DNA of 64,000 nucleotides. Origin: the human T2T-CHM13v2.0 reference genome, Homo sapiens. Position 1 is the first letter of the stretch, and each line of letters begins with the position of its first letter. Below the pieces are notes generated by a model, which made no database searches, was not told the origin of the DNA, and was given only the letters and a program-made list of their open reading frames with translations. Where the stretch lies: the NCBI RefSeq assembly GCF_009914755.1, contig NC_060931.1. One strand, 5' to 3'. The position numbers were made by a program, and so were the translations under genes. Positions 24,601-38,891 of the stretch are shown in pieces.

Positions 24601-27600
24601 ATAAAATAATTTTATTATATTCTATATTTTGAATGTTTTTCTAACTAACAAAACTCCATTTTGAAGTCATCTAAAAAGGTTTATTCCTAATTACAGTTAA
24701 GATGCAATTGGCTCAATTTAATGATCCAGATATTTCAAGTGACATTCCAGATGTTCAATATTCAAGCGACATTCAGTACTCTGACAGATTAGTTCTCATT
24801 TTCTCCTTGCCTCAGTTTTCTTAATAAGGAGCAAGGTAATATGTATTTCTCCCCTAATTGTGGATGCTGATATGATACACTATGAAAGTCTACCACAAAG
24901 TGGAAAAAAAAAACCTATAAAGTATGGAGGATTTTGAAAATATAATGGAAGTTTTTGTGAGTGGCTTCTTGAGTTACCTTTTAAATTTTGTTACAGAAAG
25001 AAACCAACAAAAAACAGGTAGTTTGGTTAGGATAATGAAGGAGTACAAATACAGTCACCTGCATGGAAATGATACGGGTCCTCATCTAGTCCCTTATCAC
25101 CACTGGCAAGACTGAATTTAGAGAAACCCAACTTGGTAGTTATGAGAACCATAAATATACCTCAGCTTTCAAATATTTTGTCCCTCTGTTAAACATGTAT
25201 TTATGAGATCGTGAGTCCCAAATTTTGGTTCAGCACCTATGCTGTCCAACTTAAGACAGCTACTTTATACCCCGATGAGAAATTAACCCGGTCAGTAAGT
25301 TACATGACAACAATGACTTTGGGGAAAGATTCAGAGTGAAACTATCTCTTGATAAAGTAAGAAAAAAATGTATCGCTCTTTCCAGTAATTTCAAGTCCCA
25401 TGTTTCCCTAGGTTTCTCTTAAAAAAAATAATACAAACAGAAAGAAACTTATAAGGCAAAATACTTAATAAAAGGTAAAAAGCATGCTTTATAAGTCAAG
25501 ATATAACTAGATTTCATTTTTCCCACTGCTCAAGTTTCTAATTTAAAGCAACTATCAGGACCTGAGGAACCTGGGCTACCATAGCCACTTTGTGCTACAT
25601 TAAATCTCTGTTCATTCAAAATGATATGAAGAAAGAGCCCATGGGTGCTTTATGAAAACCAGTAATCTACAGAGATCCTGTCTTAGCTACTGCTGCATTT
25701 CTCAGAAGCTAACTGCAGACAAGTTAAAAAAGATTAAAAATGAGAGTAAGACGTGAAGTAGACAACACAGAGCCCATAAAATACAAATCATAAAGTAAAT
25801 TGTGTCTTTCGCAAAACTTTCCGGTACAAATCAGTGATAACACCGATGGGAAAAGAAAAAACGAAACAGTGTCCTTCTAAGCAAAATTTCCTTCCTATGA
25901 AATTGAATCTACATGCTCAAGTACAGTGAAGTGACTAGAATACACTGGTTTTTATAAAATAGGAAAATTTCTAACCAAGTTCTTGTTAACTGCATTCTAG
26001 GCTGGCTTATATTTTACATAAAAAATCTTTAAGTACATCTATTTATGTGCTGTCCTTTGTTTACAAGTAACCCTCAAAACAAGGGCATTATTGTTAAGAA
26101 AACCCATTCATTTGGGCTGTGAATGATAACCTATTATGTCAGTGGTTACAGGCCTAACAACCAGTCAGGAAAAGAACAGGATGAGCACAGGGTAGAACCT
26201 CTAAATGGCTGGAGCTTCTATGCCTTTGGCTTCTTCTTGCATTTTTCCATTATCCTTGTCCTTGCAGCATTTCAGGGCAGCAGTGGGAGATACTTTTTTG
26301 AGCACAAGTCGGGGAACAAGTTTATCAGAGCCACTGTTTATCAGACTGCTCTGAATAAGATGACCTTTTGCAAAAGGTCTTTTGGAGTGTATGCAGATCA
26401 TGATACTATGGCAGTGACACACTTCGATTAGCATTTCTAAACCAAAAGCAGAGAAGGAGAGACTTTCCTCACCCCTTACATTCATGCACACACTGCTTGT
26501 GCACTCTCTGGAATGAAACAGAGCTCTGGCAGCCACTGTTCCACAGTCAAAGAGAAGACTTCTTATCCTTATCAACTGATATTTAGTCTGATATGCCCAC
26601 ATATAATAAGTAACCATTTATTTCTAATATACTCAGACTATTCCATTTACATGTGATTCCCAATGCCGTGGGGGAAAAATATTTTGAAAGCATCAACTAT
26701 CAACTGTCCTTACTGCCTCATTCTCCACCTTCTCTTCTTTTGCCTAAGCTTGATACCACGCTTTCCTTATTTTAAAAGCCGTTTAAGACTATTTAAAAAT
26801 CAACATATTCTCCCAAAACTTGTCTTGATTCCATAAATCCTCTTTTCCTTTATAGTCCTATCTTGAATTAAGGTTTGTTACCAATTATGATGTCTATAGC
26901 ACAGTACATTCCTTATATGGTTAAAAAAATTCATTTAACTACAACCTAACATGTTATAATTCCTATCAATCTGTCAGGTGTTTATTAAAATAAAAATGTA
27001 AATGAAGCAAGATTAGCAACATTTTGTCTTAAGATATAAACCATCTATGTTAGATTCTAAAGATTCCATGTTTATTCTCAGTAATTACAAAATCATTTCA
27101 AAATGTAATATTTCCCCCAAGCCCACAGTCCAGTTCTCAATCTTTGGTATTATTATGATGTTCCTAGTCAATCTTAAAGTGACCTGGAATTTCAGTTCCT
27201 TACCTTGGGGTTCTGATGAGTTTCCAAAAAGCAGTAACACATTTTTACCTATTTCCCTTTCTGACTAATGATATTGATTTGCATGACTGTGAACTCAAAC
27301 TAAAAACAAAATTATGTATAGTTAGGTCATCATGATTTTAATAAAATTGAGAAACCATATTTTAGGACAGAATTTATCTGCTTTTAACCAAAATTTCACT
27401 ATTGGTAGTCTGTTAAGGAAATTTCTTTCTTGATTCAATCTTCTTATAAAAGGCAGTTATTTCTAAATTGCATATCTTGATGCGAATTGGCTTATCAGAT
27501 GCTTTTCCGATATAAAAAGGATTTGAATTAGGAAGACAATAGTAAAGATAGGCCCTGAAGATGGGAATTGATGAGGAAGGGGCTATTTTGACAGAAAAAA

Positions 27601-30415
27601 AGAAAAAAGTAACATCCCTGAATAGAGTCACAGACCTAATAAGAATGTCTCATTCTAGGCAGGGATCAAATCAATGACCTTGGCCTCATTAATGAATGCT
27701 ATGAACTATTCAAGTGTACAGACAGATAACACTGAAAACTATTACAAATTCACAAATGGAAAGTATTCTGTCTCAAGAACAAGACTGGCACAGTGATCAT
27801 ATCCTGCGTTTTATGGAAGTTTATGAAAAGTACCTACACTTACTCTGCAAATAAAAAAAGACCCTCCATATTTGACGTTGCAGTAATCCCATTCTCAACT
27901 CCACTCTGAAATTTTGGATGAGATCATCTCTTCTGGCACAAAGAATATTATTCCAATTAGGATATTTAAGAGTTAGTCTTGGCAACAAGGTTGAGTTCAT
28001 TATTGGACCTTGGCAGGTCAATTCATGGGAAGTGAAATGACAGGCGCATCCCTGGAGGATGGAGCAGAAGTGCAGAGGCAGAGACAAACTGCACTGCATA
28101 GCTGCCTTCCCATCCCTCTCCCACAATCTACATCCCAGACACAGGTCCATGTGCTTCCAATGGGATACTGTTAAAAGGTTGCCGCACATAAGACGAATGC
28201 CATTAAAGGTGTAAAAATTGTATCAAGGTCCATGCAGCCTAAATATGAAAGCAAAGGTAGACCCTCACCCACTCAGCCTTCGGTAAACTTATAAGCTCAT
28301 ATCTGTTTTACTTCTGCAGACACATCTGCCTCCTTGTCTCTGTGGAAGGATACTTTGCTGACATGGCAGGATACCTTGGGAGCCCTCAGGAGCTCAGAAT
28401 AAATCTTCACTCTGATTATGTGCTTGAGAGATTAATCCAATTCTTGAGAAAGTCCATTCATCGTGCTCCCCTTTCCTCGACTCCACAATGGAGTCTAAAG
28501 TATCGCCCTTGTCCATCTTCTTTCTTAGGTTCTCCAAGGTCAAGTTAAACAATTTGTATATGTTTTGATTTTTTCAGAAGAAAAGGACTCAATTTAATAT
28601 ACTGTTATTACATTGCCAAATAAGCCATTCATTTAAATAAAGTGTTTAATTTTGACGTATTTAGTGTCCTTATAGCTAATAAGGACTAATTGTAAAGCAG
28701 AGATAGATATCCTAGGCACTGGCACAAATTCCATATTTTAAAAGAAATTTCTAGAACTGAACTATTTGCTGAATTATTTTGCCAATTATTATTATGGACT
28801 TTCTATCCTGGGAAAGCTAAAGGAAACAAAAAAGCAAGAATTAAAAGATTTTCACATTTGTAACTTTTCATCATGGATCTAGGCTGTATAGGCATTTATG
28901 AAATTTATGAAGATTAATAGTAAGAATGTAACTGAAAAGAATTAGAGGGAGCACAGTTTTCCCTTTAATTTCTCCATCTCTGGTCATAACAAGCACAACT
29001 GTGACTTGACCCATTTCAGTGCCATTTCTGAGCTTCCACGATGCTTTGTTCAAACCTCTATTATAATATTCATCATGGTGTAGAACATTACTTTACTTTT
29101 CTGTAATTTTAATTGCAGTGGCTCATCTATGATATTCATCTTTGGAAACTTTTCCCCCTCTTCCTGTATTGCCTTCTCCTGCCCACTCCTAATAGTACCT
29201 CGCATAGAAGAAAAGCCAGGTAAACATTTGATAAATCAATGAATGGTGAACAAATGAACGAATGATGACACCTATGGAAAAGGATTACAGAAAATAATAA
29301 ATTATTCAAATTGTTCTTTAATCAGTTATTGGGTGCTGCTGTTTTATATATAATCCTTAAAAGCTGAATGCCAGACAATATCTATAGAAGGGAAGTTAAA
29401 AAATCAATTTTCCTATTTATACTTCATTGACAAGCTTTAGAAAAGGACACATTCTCATGATCAATGGCAAAGGAAACTATTTGGATTTCTTACTTGAATA
29501 TTATAAAACTTTTCTTTCTTGTGGAAGATCCAAATTCAGTTAACTTCACCATACACCATTCAGAAATGGAGTTATAAATAAAAGTGCACTCTAAGAAACA
29601 CTTTTCTTCCTGTTAGAGTCATCAGCTAAATATTTTCATTTGCATGGGAATATATAAAATGATTACTAAAAGATTAATGGGAAGTCATAAAATATTTGTT
29701 CAGCACCATTCTCATATATTGAGCACATTTTCCCTAAGAATACTATTAGTAACTTTAAAATTGCTCATAAAACAGTAAGTTTCCACTTAAAAGTCCGGCA
29801 GAATACCTAATGACTAATCCACCTCTCAAAGAAAATTTACCATATGCCATGATAAATGTTCTATTACTTGAATACAGGCGTTCTAGGGAAATCTGTGTAG
29901 ACTCAGATAGTTGTATGGCACTGTCATCTTCAACCTCCAAAAACCCTTTCTTTCTTGTCAGTGCTAGCTACAATCTAAGGCAATGAAAGAGCCATTTGTT
30001 CCACTCAACTTAAAACCAGTATTGCTAAAGTCATTGGAGAAGCTGGTTCCTCTCATTAGAAAAGATTCTAGACTTGTCACAAATTATTCCCAGACCAGAG
30101 GCCATGGTAAGACATGTTCCCTTTATTCTCTCTCCACCTCTGTGCAGGAGTTTTATCCCAGTAAAATAAAAATACAGTTAGATCTGGGGTTATCTCATTA
30201 TAATTATTTGAAGCCTTCTGTTCTACAACACTCCATGAAGGTGTGGGTTCTTTAAACTAAAGAGAATCTCGATCATTCAAAACCTCCAATTAATGTCCAA
30301 ACAGACCTTAATCTGTTATCTGGGATCTCGGTCAGATGATACCTTGATTCTGACTTCCATTAAATAATGAGCAAAGATTCATTCCAGTTGCCATATTTGA
30401 TGTCTGAATTATTTG

Positions 30416-30717
30416 AATTTTTTTTTTTTTTTTTTGAGACAGGGTCCCACTCTGTCACCTAGGCTGGAATGCAGTGGCATGATCATGGATCACTGCAGCT
30501 TCAACCTCCAAGGCTCCAGAAATCCTCCTACCCCAGCCTCCTGAATGGTTGGGACTACAGGCATGCACCACCACATCCCGTTAATTTTTGTATTTTTTGT
30601 AAAGATGGAGTTTCGCCCTGTTGGCCAGGCTGATCTTGAACTCCTGGGCTTAAGCAATCTGCCTGCATAGGCCTCCCAAAGTGCTGAGATTACAGGGGTG
30701 TGCCACCACACCTGGCC
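30416..30717 (-). mobile_element. AluJ-type element
   Basis: Poly-T, GAGACAGGGTC..., CTCCTGGGCTTAAGCAATC; TSD AATTATTTG. Confidence 0.9.
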
Positions 30718-32226
30718 CAAATTATTTGGTTTTAAACACTTGTTAGATTCCTAAGTGAATGGTAGGTATGGTAGAGAACTCCTCTGCCATTCTCCTATTG
30801 CAATCCACACCCACACATATCTCCACCTCCCCTAATACACATAAAAGCACACTACATATACAAGTTTTGTTTTGAGTATAGTTTTTTTCTTGTGGCTAAG
30901 TAATAAACCACTTTAAACTGATGTGTCTAGGAGGACGGCCATGATCTATCCAAATTTTCTTCTCTCCTATCTGGCATTTCCTACCATTTCATTTGTCCTT
31001 CGACTTTATGAGATTTATTATTAGGCCATAAAGATGTCATAATCCTGGAATAGAAAGGGAAAAGTCATCAACTACAACAGTTCCCAGAACATTCTCACTC
31101 ACGGCAATATTAAACATCATAAAACTTCCTTTCTCACAATAGACCTTGGAAGCTGGGTGCTATCCTCAAGCTTTAGGCCAACAAATTAAAATAGAAAGAG
31201 GAGTTGAATGAAAATTAGAAAAAGTATAGTTTTTACTCAAGAAGTACCTCATATTTTTCTACACAAACCCAAATCTTCCCCAAAATCCCACGATTCCCTT
31301 CAGATTATGCTAACGCTCAAGCTGTACAGGAGAAAGAACTGTGGTAGAAAAGAAAAATAAAGCAAAAGAGAAGCTGGGAGAGAAAAATTATAAAATTCAA
31401 TCATAATCTATTGAGAATAAAATTTAAAATTAACTACGAAAAAATTAAAAATAAAAACACTGAAAAAGGTTAAACATCTTACTGGAAAATGGTGAATGCT
31501 ACATCATAAATCTATAAGAAGGTATTATACATAGTTAAAGAAAGGAAAAATAGCCAAGAAATAAAATAAGAAAGTAACAAGTGAAGGAATGGCAAAATTT
31601 AGAAATATGAAAGTAGACAAGATGTCAAAAAATTTTTAAAAGTCTTGAGGTCAGAGGCAAAATTTTGGAAGGGGATTTGGAGAAAGTTTGAACAAATGTA
31701 ATGTACTTGTAATGTCCTTCACCAATCTAACATACTTCATGATTTTAAGAACATAAAATTTAACCTATATAACTTTTTGGTCATTAAAGTCATCATGCTA
31801 GGCAAATTAAAAAGTATAGTTGTCTCAGATTACTGCAATTTAAAAAATTTTAATTAACTACCAATTGCAGAACTTACTGACAGTTTATGAGAAACAAAAG
31901 AAGCTATACATTTCATTATATAACAAATGATGTTTACGGGTTTTTATTTTTTCCTGTCTAGTGGATTAAAAAAAGAAAAAATTTTTCAGATGCCAAGGAG
32001 CAGAAAGGAAAAGAAAACACTCACTGGATAAAGCTTGTGCTTCATACAGGTTGGTCTAATCAGCAAATATAAACATGAAGCATTGAGACCAAGGGTCTGG
32101 TGGCTACTGACCAGGTATATATGTTTAGGATAGTCTCTGAGCTTCAAATTTCATCTTTAAAATGAGGGAGTTGGATTAGAACATTATCTATGTCTGATTT
32201 AACATGATTGTTCAAAAGCTACTGTA

Positions 32227-33005
<779 letters not shown>

Positions 33006-35306
33006 GAAACCCTAAATACCTCTTACTTTTGTGAAAACATCAGTGCCTCCTGGAGACACATTTTTATTTTGAGATTTGGACTGTAGTTCTTGTTCTCAGT
33101 AATCAGGAATTATGAAGCCAGCAATATTGTCCAATAATTATTTTTATAAACCATTCTAAAATTATTTCAGAGTAATAAGGATTAGGTAGAAATATAGAAA
33201 TGCTACATATTAAGATGTTCATTCACTATTTTAACAGTAAAAATGTATATTATACTGTAATTTTAAAAAATAAATGAGTGAATTTTTTAAGCCTTTGATT
33301 CTCTAAGAAAAATAAATGCTAGCACTAATAACTGAAAAATAGAGAAAGCTACTAGGATGGGGAAAAGTTAAGCAAAAATACAGAAAGTAAAAGATTTTAC
33401 TAATAATAAGAGGCAAAAAACAAAGCACTCTTAAGGAGGAGCTGATTAAATTAAAAAGTGAAATACAAATGAAAGAAAGTATTACATTTGTACAAACTCA
33501 GAATTACGGAAAAAGAAAATTAAAATAAGTACATAATAAATGCCATTGCTCAAAATGCTTATATCTCATTAAATTAACCAAAGTTTTTATAATCTTTCCT
33601 GAATTTGATATTCTTTTCTTTTAAGGTGTTCTTTCAAGAACTTTGGTGTTTTTATTTTTCTTTCCCCAATTTCCTTTTTCTGTCCTATTGTTTTTCCCTC
33701 TAGTGTATACAGATTTCTACATGTCCAGTACATTTCCAGTGAGATAAGCCAATACACTTCTCTGTCATTGAGGTACCTCTCTTGTCCGCTTTATACTTTT
33801 GTCTCTTTCTTGCATAAGTCAATTTCTTCTGATAAAAAAAAAAAAAAGAAAAAAAGAAATTTGAAACTGACCTTGAAGAGGCAGTTTGGTAAATAGACAC
33901 ATATTCTCTAACATGAGTTCAACTGGCTCCTTCACAATTCAAAAATGAATTGTCTACCAAACAAAGTAGATGTTTCAGAGATACGCCAAGCTTGGCAACA
34001 GGAGAAATCATGGACGCTGCTAAAGCAGCAACAGCTGATTTCATAGTCATGGAATGATCCTGCACCTGATCCCTGTCAAGATAACAGAGGGTCTTATTTA
34101 CTGTCTCCAGCTTTGGTCCGTCTAAGTAGGTACTGTTTTCTGTTTACTTATCCCCCAGCTTTAGGCCTGGAACAATGTTGAACATAGTGTCACAGGCCCT
34201 GGTGCCAGACAGGATCAGGGGCTGCGGAATATTTACAGTTTCCCTTCTTCTGCTTCCATAAATGAAATGGACAGTCTGAATGGAGAAAATCAAGGGCCAG
34301 CTGGCTAAAAACACAACTGGCAGCAAAACAGTTGGGCCCCTTCCAAGAGCTGGTGTTTAAAGAGAGGCCATTTAAAGAGCAAAGTCCACCTACCACAATA
34401 GTGGGCCAGGACACTAGCTGTAGGATGAAACAATGCAATTTCACTCAAAATGATTTTTGTTTCCAAAGTTTGGAAACTAGATGTGCCCCCTTCTTCCCAA
34501 GAAATTTTCTAGTCTTAGGGTCAATCCCTTAAAATAGCCAATCTTTCCACCCATAACAAATAACAAATGTATAACTTTGAGAATGTTAAACAAATTATGT
34601 GCCACGCTGGCCAAAGTCTTATTTTTGCTTAAGTTCACGCAAACACACAAAAATAAAATTAAGAAACCGAGATGGGAAAAGACAGGAACAAAAAATGACT
34701 TAAGAATTTAGATGGGATAGCATGGAAGACAGTCAGACACTTAAACTAATTTGAGAGGTTATTAATATATCATGAGGCCAACTGACAAACACAATTTTCT
34801 TTCTTTCTTTCTTTCAATAAAATGTTACTCCAACTTTGCTGTTTAAGAAAAAATGCAATAATCTTCTTGGGGGAAAACTCACATTGAAGCACTTGGTAAC
34901 TAGTACACAAATGCTAATGTTTTTTTTTTTTTTCCTTGTAGGCTCTGATGATGACAACCTTAGGCTGGCCATTTACTTAACCCTAAAATCTCTGACAAGT
35001 GCCAAATCAGAAATACGCATAACACCATATTCAGGGAGATAGATTTATACTCCAAACAATTCTGTATATTGTGAGATCATCCTTTTTTTACAGCCCAGGA
35101 GCAGATGAATTTGAAGGTGATTTCGCGAAGCTGCCTCTTTTTGTATATACATACATGCATAAATGATTGGAAAGAGAAATGAAAGAGGGCCCCAGATAAA
35201 AAGGAAAGGCGTTCAGCTAGATAGGTGCATCCAGCAGCAGTTCTCTGATGCTATAATCCCGAAAACAGATAAAGCCACTAGCTTGAGAGCCCCTGGAAGG
35301 CATTAC

Positions 35307-36329
35307 CTCTATATAGGGCACGATCTTGCAGGAGAAGTCCTCCAGCAGCCACTTCTTGGTCAGCTCGTGGAAGATGACCAGCGGAAGGCAGAAGAAGATG
35401 ATGAGAAAGTCCCAGAAGGCCAGGTTGGCCAAGAGGGAGTTGGAGATGCTCCGCATGTAGTAGTTGTGGCACACGATGCACATCACCGCCAGGTTGCCAA
35501 TGATGCCGGTCCCGAAGATCACCACGGACAGACACATGACCGCGTAGGCTCCATAGGACTCCTGGGTCAGCGGGTAGAAGGGGTTCTTCAGTCTCACACG
35601 CCGGTTCGTGCTGTTTCCCCGGCGGGGACCCCCAGGCTCATGGATTCCTTCACCCAAGGATCCATTCTGGGCCAGCGCCCGGCCCGGGAGTGCAATTGTC
35701 CACCCTTCGTGCCCCGCCAGTCCATTGGCCGTCTTGGACAGGGGCTTGTGGTGGGAACCCTGGAGTTTCCCGGCTCTCCTTGGCCAGTAAAAAAGATCGC
35801 TGGCTCCGGGGACTGTCTTCACACTCTGCTCCTGGCTACGCCCGGAAATGCCAGCGCCTCTGGGACCCTTCTCTTCCTCCTCTGAGATCTGAAGGAAGAG
35901 CTGGAGGGCCGTGGGGTTCCCTCTCCCCAAAGTTTCAGAAGGCTCCTGACCCCGAGCACCTTTCCACCTCCAGGGGCCAGGTGGCCTGGTTGGAGGTCCC
36001 GGGGGTCCGGCTGCCGACGCCTCCGCCCCTCTGCCTGCAGCCGGGTCACGGCCCGGGGCCGCCGGCAGGTCCCAGGAGGGTCCCGCAAGAAACGCTGCCC
36101 CCTGCTCCTCCCTGGGTGCTCGGGCTCGCAGAACGTCTCTTGCAGAATTTCCCGGTCCCCAGGCGTCCCTGCCGCGGCGCTGGATCACTGTAGGTGCACA
36201 GCTCTCCCCCAGACAAGTTTCGTTTCTGGACGCAGGGGCGACCCCGAGGGCAGAAGAGGCAGACACCTTGAGCAGTAGCAGAAGCAGTAGCCGCGACATG
36301 CGGGCGAGAAGCGCGCCCGGGGCTCGCAT
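35307..36329 (-). CDS. GPR37: GPR37 exon 1 (signal peptide, long ectodomain, TM1-TM2, ECL1; 341 aa)
   Basis: GCCATGC start; [20 protein letters not shown] signal; RRGR furin-type site; GIIGN TM1, [10 protein letters not shown]2; endothelin-B-receptor-like class A GPCR. Confidence 0.98.
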
Positions 36330-36371
36330 GGCTTGGTGAGGGCACACCCGGCAGCCGCAGCTCCTGCTTAG

Positions 36372-36754
36372 TTAGGATCGACACCTGCTGCCGAAGTTGC
36401 TGCTGAGAGTTAGGCACATGTCACATACTCACCCCCGCCCGGGTAGCGGGGAACCGGAGATTAGGGTGATAGCGGAAGATCGGTCTTGGGGGTCACACAC
36501 ACGCCCCCTATAATCCTTCCTCCTTTGGCATCTTGTGCATTTCTCAGCCAAGTTGAGTCCCAGCAAGGTATGCCCTCCAAGGTTCCTAGAGGGAATAGGC
36601 TACTCCCGGTGGCTGACCTTGAAAAGTTGCAATCAACACCTGACTGTTGATTACTGTTGAGACTCGGGGGAGCCCAGACGAAGCCCCACACTCCTCACTG
36701 CCTTTGGGTGGGGGTGGTGGCCTTCTTGGTAACAGTTGCTCTGCCTATTTACAT
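36372..36754 (-). promoter_or_regulatory. uORF cluster in the presumptive GPR37 5' leader
   Basis: ATG-TAA 36754-36749; MHKMPKEEGL* 36540-36508; ATG-TGA 36426-36421; MCLTLSSNFGSRCRS* 36419-36372. Confidence 0.6.
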
Positions 36755-37546
36755 CCTTTCGACAGCGTTTGATCCAGTTGCAAGCCGAGGTCTCTAGAGG
36801 AAAAGAAAAACAAGTCCCCCTCCCCCAGACGACTCGCAGTCACAACCCCGCTCCCAGCTCGCTGGAAACACGTTGCAAACAGTCCGAAGCAGCGCTGATG
36901 CGCCGGCGAAACTCTTGCCCCACCTAACCCCAGCGACTTGCGAGCCTACTGCTGCCGAGGAGAAGCGGGATTCCAACCCCGCGGCCACTGCCAAAGTTGC
37001 TTCTCCTCCAGCTCAAAGTTGACGACGGGGCGAAGCGGGCTGCTGGACGGCGTGCCGCCGCAGAGAAGGAAATCGTGGGGAGAAGGGGGAGAAGAGGGCG
37101 CCGCTCGTCGGTGGACAGTGCCGCTAGCCGCGGGAGCTAGTCACTGCCACAGCGGGCTCAGCCCGGACGGGAAGGGTGGTGCCTGGAACCGCCGCGGGCC
37201 AGGCAGTGCGCGGCCGGGAAGGGGAGGTGGCCCGGCCTCGCCCCCGCGCTCCAGCCGCTGCGCGCGCCCGCGAAGCTCGACTCTCGGCTCGTTGCCTCCT
37301 CCCACTCCTTCGCCTCCTCCTCGGAGAGATACTGGTTTGTGGGGAGACGGGATCCCCTGGTGGTTCACCACTCACTAAACCCACACACGTTTCATTCAAG
37401 CCATTTGTAGCGGCTTCCACTCGGAGGAGCTGGGAGGGAACAAGGGCGGAGGCGCGGAGCCTGCGCGGCTCGAGGCTAGGGATGGGCGGGACAGGTTAAT
37501 TCCCCAGCTGTCGAAACCAGCCTGACAGGTCCCCGAGCCCGGGCTA

Positions 37547-37740
37547 GGGGCGGGTGCGGGGCGGGAGTGGGGGGTGGGGGTGGGAACGGGAATATGAGAG
37601 CGGTCGGGGGAGGGAAGAGAGGAGGGTAGCAGGGGAGTGAGCAGCAGGGTCCCCTCCAATCTGTTGCGGCTGATGCGCATGCCCAGGTCTCAGCTCTGGG
37701 GGGCGAGGGGCGGGGCGGGGGAGGGGCGGACGGGGGTTGG
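37547..37740. promoter_or_regulatory. Promoter GC boxes, G-runs, CCAAT and NRF1-like motif
   Basis: G-runs 37547-37590; CCAAT 37656-37660; TGCGCATGC 37674-37682; tandem GGGGCGG ~37707-37730. Confidence 0.6.
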
Positions 37741-38148
37741 GCCGCGGGGAGTAAGAAGGTGAAACCTCACCTCCTCAGGTATTCCCTAGAGATAGGAGAG
37801 AATGGGAGCTCAGAGGTGTCAGTCATAGAGAATTACCAGTTCCAGGATTGAGATGCAGAGCGAGAAAGCTCAGGATGCACCATTACCTTTAACACTGAGT
37901 TGGGAAGCATCCTACCATGGGTTACTTCGTACCACCCAGAGCATAGTGAGGTAGTTGTATTTGATGAAGTAGTGGGAAATGACTGGAGGCAGAAAATTAC
38001 TCGAACAGCACTCCCAGCACGGCTGTCCATGCCTTTCCAACCTTTCTACTATATCCCACAACCCTGTCAAAACTGTCAGGGCATAGCTAATAAAATAGAC
38101 AAATTAATGAAGAGAAAATGATAGAGGAAGAAATAAACACATTCTGAA

Positions 38149-38441
38149 TTTTTTTTTTAAACAGAGTCTTGCTGTGTCGCCCAGGCTGGAGTGCAGTGGT
38201 GCGATCTCGACTCACTGCAACCTCCGCCTCCCCGGGTTCAAGCGATTCTCCTGCCTCAGCCTCCCAAGTAGCTGAGACTACAGGCACCCGCCACCATGCC
38301 CGGCTAATTTTTTTTGTATTTTTAGCAGAGACGGGGTTTCACTATGTTGGCCAGGCTGGTCTTGAGCTCCTGACCTCGTGATCCGCCCGCCTCGGCCTCC
38401 CAAAGCGCTGGCATTACAGGCGTGAGCCATCACACCCGGCC
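38149..38441 (-). mobile_element. AluS (Sg-like)
   Basis: Full reverse Alu; TSD TGAATTTTTTT. Confidence 0.92.
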
Positions 38442-38507
38442 TGAATTTTTTTAAAGCAACACATCTAGAGAGGCAGGAGAAAACACAATGGAACATATGA
38501 TACCAAT

Positions 38508-38891
38508 TGTGGTAAATAGAATAATGCCCCCCCAAAAAAATGTCCGAATCCTAATTCCTAATACCTGTGAGTATGTTACCTTACAGAGCAAAAGGGATTT
38601 TGCCAATGCAATTCAGCTAAGACTCTTGAGATGGGGAGAGTATCGTGATTATCCAGGTGGGTACACTATAATCACAAGAGCCCTTACAAATGAGAGGCAG
38701 GAGGGTCAGAGTAAAAACAAACACAAGCCAAGTGATGTGGGCAATCTCTGGAAGCTAGAATGGGCATAAAAAAGGATCTACTAGCCCATTTGAGACTTCT
38801 GACCTCCATAACTGTAAGATAATGAATGTGTGTTGTTTTAAGCCACAAAATTTATGGTTATTTGTTGCAGTAGCAATAGTAAACTAATACA
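38508..38891 (+). mobile_element. MLT1 (MLT1D-like) LTR
   Basis: TGTGGTAAATAGAATAATGCCCCC...GTTTTAAGCCAC...AAACTAATACA; TSD CCAAT/CCATT. Confidence 0.8.

Larger units (their letters stand above)
35400..37750. promoter_or_regulatory. CpG island over the GPR37 promoter and exon 1
   Basis: High GC and dense CpG against AT-rich, CpG-poor flanks. Confidence 0.9.

Noticed and set aside
26078-26095. AACAAG-N6-ATTGTT, a possible dimeric SOXE site in the intron
   Set aside because: Imperfect half-site and expected by chance in AT-rich DNA; needs ChIP or conservation data
35163-35885. 240-aa + strand ORF
   Set aside because: Antisense shadow of the GC-rich GPR37 exon 1; no independent coding evidence
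36794-37680. Several 60-146 aa ORFs in the CpG island
   Set aside because: Stop-poor GC-rich sequence, with non-ATG starts in those checked
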